Source of the DNA: Nitrosopumilus sp.
GTDB taxonomy: Archaea; Thermoproteota; Nitrososphaeria; Nitrososphaerales; Nitrosopumilaceae
DNA: 64,000 nucleotides
Direction: 5' to 3'
Assembly: GCA_965197525.1 (NCBI GenBank)
Contig: OZ240211.1
Span: 1,600,001 to 1,664,000, forward strand
In this document: piece after piece, positions 39,763 to 49,208 of the stretch
How the letters are laid out: each line of letters begins with the position of its first letter
Numbering within the stretch: position 1 is the stretch's first letter
Program-made: the position numbers and the translations under genes
The notes under the pieces: generated by a model
The model's input: only the letters and a program-made list of their open reading frames with translations
Told to the model about the DNA's origin: nothing
Databases searched by the model: none

Positions 39763-40629
39763 ATGCAAGATCATTTTAAATCAGGTAAAACCAACTTGTC
39801 TCCAAAACCTTTTGTAAAATGGGCAGGTGGAAAACGTCAATTAATTCCAACTATAAGTAAGTGTTTGCCTGCAAAATTCAATACTTTTTTTGAACCATTC
39901 TTGGGAGGAGGTGCATTGTTTTTTTATATGTTAGATAAATATGATGATCCAAAATGCAATGTATCTGATCTAAACTCTGATCTTATCTTGTCTTATGTCA
40001 CTATTCGTGATCACATTGATAGTTTGATTGACTCTTTGCGCAACCATAAAGAACAGTACGACAAAGATTCTAAAACATACTACTACTCTACTAGAGATGA
40101 CGATCCCTCTGACCCCATTGAAAAGACTTCTAGGCTGATTTTTTTAAATAGGACATGTTTTAACGGATTGTATAGAGTGAACAGTAAAGGCAAATTCAAT
40201 GTTCCTTTAGGCTCATATGTTAACCCAAATATCGTAGGTGAGGAAAATCTTCGCTTGGTAAGTGCTAGGTTACAGTCAAGTAAGGCAGTCATCGCCTGCC
40301 GTGATTTTGATGATGTGTTGAAATATGCCACACGTAACGATTTTGTATATTTTGATCCTCCATATCAGCCAGTCAGTGACACTGCGCATTTTACCAGTTA
40401 TACAAAACAAGATTTTACATCAGATGACTTGGATAGATTGGCAGATGTTTGCAACAAATTAGACTCAAAAGGCTGTATGATTCTTTTATCAAATTCTTAC
40501 TCTAAGAAAGTCGAAGATATGTTTTCAGATATGCCTTGGAAAACATCAAAAATCACCGCAAATCGTTTTATCAATTCTAATTCTAAGAATCGAACTGGGC
40601 ATTATGAGTTATTGATCCAAAATTATTAA
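39763..40629 (+). CDS. dam: Dam-family DNA adenine methyltransferase (no adjacent endonuclease)
   Basis: KWAGGKRQL, EPF.GGG, FNGLYRVN and DPPY motifs. Start uncertain. Confidence 0.93.
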   Translation: MQDHFKSGKTNLSPKPFVKWAGGKRQLIPTISKCLPAKFNTFFEPFLGGGALFFYMLDKYDDPKCNVSDLNSDLILSYVTIRDHIDSLIDSLRNHKEQYDKDSKTYYYSTRDDDPSDPIEKTSRLIFLNRTCFNGLYRVNSKGKFNVPLGSYVNPNIVGEENLRLVSARLQSSKAVIACRDFDDVLKYATRNDFVYFDPPYQPVSDTAHFTSYTKQDFTSDDLDRLADVCNKLDSKGCMILLSNSYSKKVEDMFSDMPWKTSKITANRFINSNSKNRTGHYELLIQNY

Positions 40630-40632
40630 AAA

Positions 40633-40706
40633 AGCTTCGAACGGGATCTGAACCCGTGACCTTTACATTACCAATGTAACGCTCTACCAGACTGAGCTAC
40701 CGAAGC
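40633..40706 (-). tRNA. tRNA-Thr(GGT)
   Basis: Cloverleaf with anticodon arm UUACA-UU GGU AA-UGUAA. Confidence 0.93.
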
Positions 40707-40797
40707 ACAAATTCTCTCTATAGAAAATCCTTATAATTCTTCATTTTGAGCGAATCCGTCCTAAACTGTTAAATTTCACTCATATTTTTATCCTTTT

Positions 40798-40918
40798 GGA
40801 GGAGTAATCAAGCCTGGCCAAAGTAAGCATTTTTGCTTTTGGACATGCAGGACTTAAGATCAAATAATGGGTGATCCTGTCTCTCAGGAGTTCGTGGGTT
40901 CAAATCCCACCTCCTCCA
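40798..40918 (+). tRNA. tRNA-Leu(TAA) with two introns (about 40824-40844 in the D-arm; 40859-40873 at 37/38)
   Basis: Removing both segments gives GGAGGAG/CUCCUCC, AUC/GAU D-stem, CAGGA-CUUAAGA-UCCUG and a long variable arm. Confidence 0.88.
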
Positions 40919-40925
40919 CTAACCG

Positions 40926-41312
40926 CTATCTTGGATTTTTAATCCCTCTAGCGTTTAGTACTTCATAAACATCAGGCAGTGAGAAGACAAAACCAATATG
41001 TACACATGTTTTCTCATCACATAACTGACAGAATAATTCACCTTTCTGAATTGCAACTTCTGCAATTCTATTTTTTATATTGTCCCTTAGAATAACACGA
41101 TCATCATCTACTGAAATTTTTTCAATCATTGGGGCATATCTTGCAAACGTCTCATCTTTTTGCATCATCTCCTCTAACATGTATGTAACATATCCTGCAA
41201 AACTGTTAACACCCTTCATCGTTAGGTCGTTTTTGTTATTCTGATAGATCTCATGAAACTTGTCATAGACAGTCTCTGAAACAGTGATTGATTTGAATCC
41301 GGCTTTTGGCAT
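40926..41312 (-). CDS. Hypothetical protein (RHH-like N-terminus; CxxC...CxH C-terminus)
   Basis: 128 aa with SITVSE.VY and CQLC...CVH motifs. Confidence 0.8.
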   Translation of the reverse strand: MPKAGFKSITVSETVYDKFHEIYQNNKNDLTMKGVNSFAGYVTYMLEEMMQKDETFARYAPMIEKISVDDDRVILRDNIKNRIAEVAIQKGELFCQLCDEKTCVHIGFVFSLPDVYEVLNARGIKNPR

Positions 41313-41590
41313 TTTACTTTTCCTTACCGTACATTAAAGTACTCTAGTATATATTGTTTTATTCTCATCGTTTGTAAAAGGTTAGGCCCCATGCCTGCAA
41401 ACCCAATAACTCGTGTTCAACCTACCTTTTACCATCGCTTTTGTCCGACTGTCAACCAATTTTACCACCTTTGATCATATTCTTTAAAATAACTATTGCA
41501 AGTCGCAAACGGCGTTAAAAAATCTTGAAAAATGTTTTCTATATATGCCCAAAAATTAGTCTTTATAGAATACCCTTGCCAATAATTACC

Positions 41591-42484
41591 ATGGGCAAAG
41601 GTTATTCTACTGAAGAGATTCGTCAAAAACTAATCTCTGTCCTTGATGGTGATGCTTCTGGAATGTCAGGCATTGAGATCTCTCAAAAAATCGGTACAAG
41701 CAGAATAACTATGGCAAAATATCTCAAGATTTTTGCAGCAGAAGGAATGCTACGACAAAAAAATATCGGAAATATCACTTTGTGGTTTTTAGAACCCGGT
41801 CAAGAATCTTTTGATTTTCCATCTGATTATTTTAAAGTCGTTCCACGGTATCTTGAGTGTTTAACAAAAGGTACAGAGGACCAAATCTATTCTTTAATTC
41901 GTAACTGCTTGCATTCAGGAGGCACGGTTAGTAATCTGATCTTTGAAGTAATTTTACCCTCCATTTACCATGTCAAGAAATTATACGACGATGGCAAAAT
42001 TGGTACATCTGAGCAACGTCTTCTCATGACAACTATTTCAAAATCTCTTCAAATCTTTAATCAGATCCAAGTAACCCCTAACCCAAAAAAGAACGTTGTT
42101 GTTATTGCAGCTGATGCTCAAAGTATATTGGATTCTGAAGCCGCATCTGCAGCATATCATTCGCATGGTTGGAATGTTTCTCATCTAGGCGATATGTCTC
42201 TGGCAATCGATGTATTGTTTGATCTTGATTTTCAAAAACTTGTAACTAAAATATGGAAACGAAAACCAGGTGTTTTACTAGTAGTAGTATTTTCTCAATC
42301 TGATGAGGGGCTGAACTTTTTTGCAAATTCTATAAATCCTATTATAGAAAAATTGGGAAATCGTATGAGGTTGATACTTTGTGGAAAAATATCCAAAAAA
42401 TCCAAAATTAAATATGATATGACATCTGATAAAATTCCAGATATTTTGCAATGGTCGCAAACAGTATCTCACAATTTAGAATAA
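41591..42484 (+). CDS. Winged-helix regulator with B12-binding-like domains
   Basis: HTH (SGIEISQKIGTSRITMAKYL), a G..GTSEQ cap region and a Rossmann-like C-terminus. Confidence 0.75.
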   Translation: MGKGYSTEEIRQKLISVLDGDASGMSGIEISQKIGTSRITMAKYLKIFAAEGMLRQKNIGNITLWFLEPGQESFDFPSDYFKVVPRYLECLTKGTEDQIYSLIRNCLHSGGTVSNLIFEVILPSIYHVKKLYDDGKIGTSEQRLLMTTISKSLQIFNQIQVTPNPKKNVVVIAADAQSILDSEAASAAYHSHGWNVSHLGDMSLAIDVLFDLDFQKLVTKIWKRKPGVLLVVVFSQSDEGLNFFANSINPIIEKLGNRMRLILCGKISKKSKIKYDMTSDKIPDILQWSQTVSHNLE

Positions 42485-42489
42485 ACAAG

Positions 42490-42564
42490 TGGGCCCGATG
42501 TGATTCGAACACATGACCTTTCGATTATCAGTCGAACGCTCCAGCCAAGCTGAGCTACGAGCCC
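42490..42564 (-). tRNA. tRNA-Ile(GAT)
   Basis: GGGCUCG/CGGGCCC acceptor stem; anticodon arm UUCGA-CU GAU AA-UCGAA. Confidence 0.95.
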
Positions 42565-42685
42565 ACACACAAATCTCAAGGTAAGAGTCATTTAAGTTTA
42601 ATTTGACTTAAATTCTGACACCACATCTACTTTAGCAGTTTTTATTTCAAGATTTTATGTGTTAATTAAGTTGCATAGAATATAT

Positions 42686-43243
42686 CTAGTAATCCTCTTT
42701 CCATTTTATTGAACATCCAATTGATGGGTCAAAATCTTTTGGAATATTTTCACCTGATAGTAATCTTTGAATGTTATTGATCATTGTTTTTTCCGTGATT
42801 ACATCGTCTGGATTCATAGCATCATCTAACTTTCCATGAAATACTAATCGTCTCTGGCTATCAAACAGAAATGGGTCAGGAGTGCACATTGCACCGTATC
42901 TCTTTGCAACTTCCTGTGTCTCATCTATCAAATAATCAAACTCGAACCCTTTCTCTTTTGCCGTTTGTTTCATAGAATCAAAACTGTCTTCAGGGTAGTT
43001 AGTTGCATCATTACTGTTAATACCTATCATTGCTATCTTGTTTCCGCATTTTTTATATATCTCATTTAATGTATCTATCTTTGCTTTGACATACGGGCAA
43101 TGATTACACATGAATATTATCAAAATTCCGTCATACTTGTCATAGTCTTTTAATGCGTGTTTTTTATCATCTATTCCCAGTAATTCAAAATCAGGCGCAA
43201 TATCTCCTGTTTTTAATTTTGTTTGTGACTCTAATAATACCAT
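42686..43243 (-). CDS. Thioredoxin-fold AhpC/TSA family protein
   Basis: CNHCPYV, CTPD.F and SIGCSIKW motifs. Confidence 0.9.
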   Translation of the reverse strand: MVLLESQTKLKTGDIAPDFELLGIDDKKHALKDYDKYDGILIIFMCNHCPYVKAKIDTLNEIYKKCGNKIAMIGINSNDATNYPEDSFDSMKQTAKEKGFEFDYLIDETQEVAKRYGAMCTPDPFLFDSQRRLVFHGKLDDAMNPDDVITEKTMINNIQRLLSGENIPKDFDPSIGCSIKWKEDY

Positions 43244-43362
43244 ACTATACCATACACTTTATCTCTTTAAATAAAATTCTTCCTAAGCAGGGAATGGGAG
43301 AACCTGAAGACATCACTGCCATCTACGATATCCTTATAACTCTACATCATTTTAGTTGTATA

Positions 43363-45234
43363 ATGTTAAAACTCGTGTCTGGTTTATCGGCAATCTTTCT
43401 ATTGTTATCATTATCATCATCTATTGATACCTTGTATGTATTTGCACAAGAAGATCCCGATGATGAAATGATGACGTCTGATCTACCTGAAATGATCCAA
43501 ATAGGAGCACTGCTTCCATCTACGGGTGATTTGTCATCGTACGGTCAGGACAACAATATTGGTATGCAATTGGCCATAACTGATTTTAATAATTATCTTG
43601 AGTCGATTGGTGCACATTGGAGTATATCTATGGTAGTAGAAGACACACAAACAGATCCAATTATTGCGCTAGAAAAACTACAATCATTAAATTCCAAAGG
43701 CATCAAATTTGTTCTAGGTCCTATATCAAGTTCAGAAATACGCAACATCAAATCTTATGCTGATTCCAATGACATGGTGCTAATCAGTCCAGCATCCATG
43801 TCTCCAGCTCTGGCAATTGAGGATGATAATATTTTCCGTCTGATAACTGACGATACCCAGACTGGTAAAGTACTTGCAAAATTATTTGAAGAAGAAGGTA
43901 TCAAAGCAGTTATTCCAGTGTATCGTGGAGATTCCTGGGGTGACGGTCTATACGAATCTACTAGAGAAAACTTTGAATCATTAGGCGGTGTGATGGATGA
44001 TGGCATACGCTATTCTCCGGATGTAACTGTCTATTCTGCTGAAATGAACCTGTTATCAAGCCTTGTAGACCAATATGTTGCAGAATACTCTCAAGATGAA
44101 GTCGCAGTATTACTATTGACTTTTTCAGAATTGGTACACATATTGAACTTTGCAGACTCTTATGAGAATCTACATGAGATAGCATGGTTTGGTTCTGATG
44201 CTTCATCACATGAAAGTATCATATCCAAGGATCCAATATCTTCTGCATTTATTGAAGATGTCGGACTTATCAGTGCCAAATTTTCAGCATCTAAAAATGA
44301 TGTCTATGCATATGTAAGAGATTACTTCCTTGACTTTCACGGTTCTACACCTAATGTTTATACTTATCCATCACATGATAGCGTATGGGTTTTAGGTAAG
44401 ACCATATTGGAGACTCAATCAGCTGATCCTCTAGTGGTTAGAGACTCACTTAGAGAGGTGGCCGCAACACATACTGGTGCAATCGGTACTGTAAATCTAA
44501 ACAAAGCAGGCGACTTGACAGTAGCCAACTATGATCTTTGGAGCTACAAAAATAGTGAATGGTATCTATATGGTCATTATAATGCAAATACTGAAGCATT
44601 TGAGTATACATCAGATTCAGCGATGATGGACGATAAAGATATGATGATGGACGATAAAGATATGATGATGGACGATAAAGATATGATGATGGACGATAAA
44701 GATATGATGATGGACGATAAAGATATGATGATGGACGATAAAGATATGATGATGGACGATAAAGATATGATAGACGACCCAAGTATGGACGACTCTGAAA
44801 CCACTAGTGACGGTGGAGGTTGTTTAATTGCGACTGCTGCATATGGATCTGAACTAGCACCACAAGTTCAATTACTCCGAGAGATACGTAGTGATACCCT
44901 TTTGGTTAATGATGCTGGTTCCTCATTTATGACTGGCTTTAACCAGTTTTACTATACGTTCTCACCTACAATGGCAGACCTTCAACGTAGCAACATTGTA
45001 TTTGGTGATGCGGTAAGAAATCTGATTACACCTGGAATTTATACACTAGGCGTAATCATGGGCTTTGCTGACGCTAGTAATGAATCAGTTATTCTATTTG
45101 GTGTGTTATCTATTGTTGCACTGCTTGGAATCTATGTCGTAGGTCCAATATTTACAGTATTTAGCGCTAGAATATTATTTAGAAAGATTCAATCTAAATA
45201 TCAAAACAACGAGCTGTCTCTAGTAAAAAATTAG
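43363..45234 (+). CDS. Branched-chain-amino-acid-type substrate-binding protein with a Met/Asp repeat and a CFI-box C-terminal domain
   Basis: IGALLP.TG, DTQTDP..A and GP.SS motifs; GGCLIATAAYGSE domain; C-terminal TM helix. Start at ATG 43363. Confidence 0.88.
   Translation: MLKLVSGLSAIFLLLSLSSSIDTLYVFAQEDPDDEMMTSDLPEMIQIGALLPSTGDLSSYGQDNNIGMQLAITDFNNYLESIGAHWSISMVVEDTQTDPIIALEKLQSLNSKGIKFVLGPISSSEIRNIKSYADSNDMVLISPASMSPALAIEDDNIFRLITDDTQTGKVLAKLFEEEGIKAVIPVYRGDSWGDGLYESTRENFESLGGVMDDGIRYSPDVTVYSAEMNLLSSLVDQYVAEYSQDEVAVLLLTFSELVHILNFADSYENLHEIAWFGSDASSHESIISKDPISSAFIEDVGLISAKFSASKNDVYAYVRDYFLDFHGSTPNVYTYPSHDSVWVLGKTILETQSADPLVVRDSLREVAATHTGAIGTVNLNKAGDLTVANYDLWSYKNSEWYLYGHYNANTEAFEYTSDSAMMDDKDMMMDDKDMMMDDKDMMMDDKDMMMDDKDMMMDDKDMMMDDKDMIDDPSMDDSETTSDGGGCLIATAAYGSELAPQVQLLREIRSDTLLVNDAGSSFMTGFNQFYYTFSPTMADLQRSNIVFGDAVRNLITPGIYTLGVIMGFADASNESVILFGVLSIVALLGIYVVGPIFTVFSARILFRKIQSKYQNNELSLVKN
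44623..44769. repeat. Seven perfect 21-bp tandem repeats encoding MMDDKDM
   Basis: Unit atgatggacgataaagatatg, seven copies. Confidence 0.97.
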
Positions 45235-45616
45235 TTTTTTGTAATTGGTCACACCATACTTTAATCTGTCTCTATACGATCCGCATCTATTTGTCCATAG
45301 GTACGAATCAAGAGGATACATGAACATTTACCAAATCCATATTGGAAAATTACACAATCAAAGTTTGCATCTTCTAATGATAAAAACGCAGATCTTGTAA
45401 ATATGAACAAAAGAAAAGACGCAAAATTCAAATTTTCAGCTAGTATGATACAAGGGATTACAATTTTGAGGTTTGTTTTTGGCATATCTTATCTGAAATG
45501 TGTTGGAATGATAGAAAAACAGATGACTTGATTGTTATGCTTTGATTTCAGCGCACATTTACGAAAACTGTCAAGAAGACAACAATTAAAATCCACTGTC
45601 TTTTGATCTCTTACGT

Positions 45617-45690
45617 GGGCCGGTAGTATAGCCTGGTAGTATACCCGCCTTGCACGCGGGGGGTCACGGATTCAAATTCCGTCCGGTCCA
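45617..45690 (+). tRNA. tRNA-Ala(TGC)
   Basis: GGGCCGG/CCGGUCC acceptor stem with G3:U70; anticodon TGC. Confidence 0.95.
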
Positions 45691-45767
45691 CTTTCTGGTT
45701 TGTCTATATACGTGCTGAAATCCGTACTGCTGGATGGATTTAAATAGGATAACTTTCGATTCATACT

Positions 45768-45869
45768 ATGGCAAATGTAGTAGATGGTTGGCCTGTATGG
45801 ATACCTCTTATCGTTGGTTTAGCTCCGGGTTTAATATACTGGTTAGCAATTACAGCAAAGAAAAAATAA
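45768..45869 (+). CDS. 33-aa single-TM microprotein (absent from the ORF track)
   Basis: MANVVDGWPVWIPLIVGLAPGLIYWLAITAKKK. A TATA-like tttaaata lies about 28 nt upstream of the ATG and a T-rich stretch follows the stop. Confidence 0.7.
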   Translation: MANVVDGWPVWIPLIVGLAPGLIYWLAITAKKK

Positions 45870-45996
45870 AACTTACATCTATTTTAATTTCTTTTTATTC
45901 TTTGTAGTTACTAGTGTAAACTAGATAAAATATTGTTGTCTCTTTTGTTTATTATTTGTTATATCATATAGGATTAATGACTAGTTTTAAGATAAT

Positions 45997-47067
45997 GTGA
46001 TGTTGAAGGTTATTTTCTGTGCTTTTCTGGTATTCTTTTTGATTCCTGTGTCGCAGGCTTCTTCACAAGAGTATGTTGATAACGAACCAACTCTAACTGC
46101 ATCTTTAGAGTATGATCAACCATTTGTTTATCATGATCGTCGCGGATATAGTGTTGTAGTTGGGACTGTTCAAAATAATGATCAATCAACCTATATCACC
46201 AATGTTCAAATCCAAGTACGATTTTTTGACGATCGTACTCCAGATCCATTAGAAGTGGTACAAGGAACCACTACACTTGAAGTAATCGCTCCTAATGGTC
46301 AATCCACATATTCTATCCGCTCTTCTTTTCCAAACCCTGACATAACTCAGGCATCTGTATCCATCTTAGGATTTGATTCTTCAGCAGAAAAACAACAGGG
46401 TCTTACAGTGTCATCTACTGATGTAGTTGTTGATACCTCCTTTAAATTTTCAGGCTTATTACGAAATATTGGTGCTCCAAGTAATAATACAAGTGTATAT
46501 ATTGCGTTTTACGATAATTTTCAACCGCCACGAATACTGGAAGTGTCTACAATCCATCTTGGATTTGTACCATCAGATGCTGATATTACGTTTGGATTCA
46601 ATGATGTGATTGATACACGTACTGCTGGATTTTTCTTGTTTGCCGAATCTGATATTTTTTCTTCTAATTTAGTTGATGTCCCAATTTCTCATCCTCCATT
46701 ATCTGACAAGCTAGTGACAATTTCTGATGTCTATGTGGAGGATTCTAATGAAAATCGATTGTCGGAACTTCAGCTTGGTCTAGAAGTTCATATACAAAGT
46801 ACCACATCCATCCAATCTCCAAATATACAAGAAGATGATGAAACCAGTTACACTTACTATGTTCAGATAAAGGAATCTGGCTCAGTCCCATACATTGTAT
46901 ATATTGGGAAATTTGACGGCCAGTTTACTGGAACTACTCCTGAGACTCAAACTATAGATTGGACTCCTCAAAAACCTGGATTGTTCTTCATTGAAACATT
47001 TGTCTGGGATGAAAATAACGTCCCAATCGCAGAACAGGGTCCGTTTGTTCTAGTAGTTGTCAAATAG
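45997..47067 (+). CDS. Secreted hypothetical protein (FxLYD-like and Ig-like domains)
   Basis: Signal peptide and beta-rich domains (VVGTVQN, APNGQSTY). Confidence 0.75.
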   Translation: MMLKVIFCAFLVFFLIPVSQASSQEYVDNEPTLTASLEYDQPFVYHDRRGYSVVVGTVQNNDQSTYITNVQIQVRFFDDRTPDPLEVVQGTTTLEVIAPNGQSTYSIRSSFPNPDITQASVSILGFDSSAEKQQGLTVSSTDVVVDTSFKFSGLLRNIGAPSNNTSVYIAFYDNFQPPRILEVSTIHLGFVPSDADITFGFNDVIDTRTAGFFLFAESDIFSSNLVDVPISHPPLSDKLVTISDVYVEDSNENRLSELQLGLEVHIQSTTSIQSPNIQEDDETSYTYYVQIKESGSVPYIVYIGKFDGQFTGTTPETQTIDWTPQKPGLFFIETFVWDENNVPIAEQGPFVLVVVK

Positions 47068-47083
47068 TATCCTGATGACTCCT

Positions 47084-47215
47084 TTGTCTTACATGCCTAA
47101 ATATTCAAAAAACAGCTGCTGTACCAAGTTACTTTTGGATCTTTTTAGTACTATTATGTACTAACTGGTAGATTTATTTTTAAAGAATATTATTGTCTTA
47201 CATGCCTAAATATTC
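47084..47215. repeat. 23-bp direct repeat duplicating the coaD start
   Basis: ttgtcttacatgcctaaatattc at 47084-47106 and 47193-47215. Confidence 0.9.
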
Positions 47216-47678
47216 TCTTGTTGCTTTGGGTGGCACTTTTGATATTATCCATAAAGGTCATCTGACTTTACTCTTAAATGCGTCCGTCCTATCTGATAAA
47301 GTGATTATTGGTATAACTAGCGACGAATTCGCTATCAGAAAAGGTAAAATTCTACTAAACAAGTATGACGCGCGTCTACAAAATTTAACATCGGTTATAT
47401 CAAAAGAATTTCCTAGCACTATATTCCAAATTAGTAAATTAGAAAATGATTTCGGCCCTGCTGTTTTGGAAAAAGATGTTCAAGCTCTAATTGTAAGTGA
47501 TGAAACAAGCAATCAAGGACGTGCACTAAATGAATTGCGTGCCAAGAAAGATCTTGCACCGGTTGAAATTATTACTGTTCCAATGTTTCTAGCGCAGGAT
47601 GGTAAGAGAATATCTACTACTAGAATCAAAAATTTAGAGATTGATGCTGATGGCAACTTGCTATCAATTGACAAGTAG
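47193..47678 (+). CDS. coaD: Phosphopantetheine adenylyltransferase (archaeal type)
   Basis: GGTFDIIHKGH, VSDET and ISTTRI motifs. Confidence 0.93.
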   Translation: MSYMPKYSLVALGGTFDIIHKGHLTLLLNASVLSDKVIIGITSDEFAIRKGKILLNKYDARLQNLTSVISKEFPSTIFQISKLENDFGPAVLEKDVQALIVSDETSNQGRALNELRAKKDLAPVEIITVPMFLAQDGKRISTTRIKNLEIDADGNLLSIDK

Positions 47679-47730
47679 CTTATCAAACTTTGAGTAGAGC
47701 CAATAAAACATTTTTCGGTAATAAATATTC

Positions 47731-48060
47731 ATGACGATTATTGGACACATGATGAAAAAAATCGATACTGACGTATCAAATATACAGCAAGGACTACAGC
47801 CCCAAAATCTCTCATATTGGTATGATAAAATTATCAAAGAAACAATTGATATGGTTCCTCCTTGGCTTGAGGATAAGATCAAAGTTCACCAGGATCCAAT
47901 TCTTCCAATGAAATTTAATCTTGATATCTCAAAACGTGCTGTTAGATATTTTATGATCGTCGTTGATAATAACTTGGATGCTATGCCTTACTCTACAAAG
48001 CTCTATTTTCTCAAAGTACAGGAAATAATGTCAACTGAGATGGATAAATCCCTAGTTTAG
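47731..48060 (+). CDS. Hypothetical protein
   Basis: 109-aa ORF co-oriented with coaD. Confidence 0.75.
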   Translation: MTIIGHMMKKIDTDVSNIQQGLQPQNLSYWYDKIIKETIDMVPPWLEDKIKVHQDPILPMKFNLDISKRAVRYFMIVVDNNLDAMPYSTKLYFLKVQEIMSTEMDKSLV

Positions 48061-48129
48061 TCTGGTTTACATATGGGTGTAATCAAACTCAAACTATCTA
48101 TATCCAATAAATCCTCAATTCATTGCAAC

Positions 48130-49014
48130 ATGGAATTTTACAAATCAAGAAATCTAGATAAAAAAACATCCAAGAGATACCCCAAGAGTGATAGAAGGCC
48201 TACTCGTTCCTTTAGAAATTCAAGAGATGACAAGCCTTCTAGCTATTCTCGTAATCATAACCGCACTGAACAATCCACAACCGTAGTCTGTTCTGATTGT
48301 GGTATAACGTGCAATGTTCCCTTTATTCCAAGAAATAGCAAACCTATCTACTGCAATGACTGTTTTAAACAAGATAGATTCAACGATTCCGATGACTCCC
48401 GCCACTCACGCGACAATAACAGCTCTAGGCATCGTAGTTATAACCGCACTGAACAATCCACAACCGTAGTCTGTTCTGATTGTGGTACGAAATGCAATGT
48501 TCCCTTTATTCCAAGAAATAACAAACCTATCTACTGCAATGACTGTTTTAAACAAGATAGATTCAACGATTCCGATGACTCCCGCCACTCACGCGACAAT
48601 AACAGCTCCCGCCACTCACACAAAAACGAATCAAGTAGTAGGTCCAAATCTAAGAAATTAACTGATAAATCTTTACAAAAACGGGAGCGTTTTTTTTCTA
48701 ACGGATCAGATAAATTCTATAAAACCATCCAAGAAAAATTATTTGAAATTTTGGGTGGTAAAATATGTTCTAATTGCGGCTTTAGAGATGAACGAGCTTT
48801 GAAAATTAGTTCCATATATGGCGATACACTAGATGACGACAACAACAAGCGTGGAACATTTGCATCTTCTCTAGGTAAATACATCTCTGACCCCAAGACT
48901 GCCAGAGATGAATTAAAGGTATTATGCTTGAATTGTAATCAAATCCGAGAACCTTTATCAAAACCAGATAAAGGCCATATAAAACCGAAAAAGAGTAAAT
49001 ATTTTCCTAGATGA
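48130..49014 (+). CDS. Protein with two CxxC-x17-CxxC domains and a C-terminal HNH-like Cys domain
   Basis: CSDCG..CNVPF.P....PIYCNDCF twice; CSNCG...VLCLNCN. Confidence 0.82.
   Translation: MEFYKSRNLDKKTSKRYPKSDRRPTRSFRNSRDDKPSSYSRNHNRTEQSTTVVCSDCGITCNVPFIPRNSKPIYCNDCFKQDRFNDSDDSRHSRDNNSSRHRSYNRTEQSTTVVCSDCGTKCNVPFIPRNNKPIYCNDCFKQDRFNDSDDSRHSRDNNSSRHSHKNESSSRSKSKKLTDKSLQKRERFFSNGSDKFYKTIQEKLFEILGGKICSNCGFRDERALKISSIYGDTLDDDNNKRGTFASSLGKYISDPKTARDELKVLCLNCNQIREPLSKPDKGHIKPKKSKYFPR
48257..48619. repeat. Near-identical tandem duplication, 183-bp period (coding)
   Basis: ataaccgcactgaac at 48257 and 48440; tgttttaaac at 48361 and 48544. Confidence 0.93.
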
Positions 49015-49208
49015 TATGTAAAATTTATCGAACATGTGTTAACATTTTAATGTCATTATTTTAAAACTAAATTATGAATGATGACTTTAAGGCAATTGGT
49101 GTATCTCTGATTATCATGGTTGGAGCTGTAACGTTATACGCTATGCTTGGTCTATAGATTTATTCTTGGTTCTGTGTAAACATCGGGACTTATTTTTAAC
49201 ATAAAAAA

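Noticed and set aside
39763-40629. Restriction-modification or defence island next to amoA
   Set aside because: No endonuclease neighbour; it looks like an orphan Dam-type methylase in a core context.
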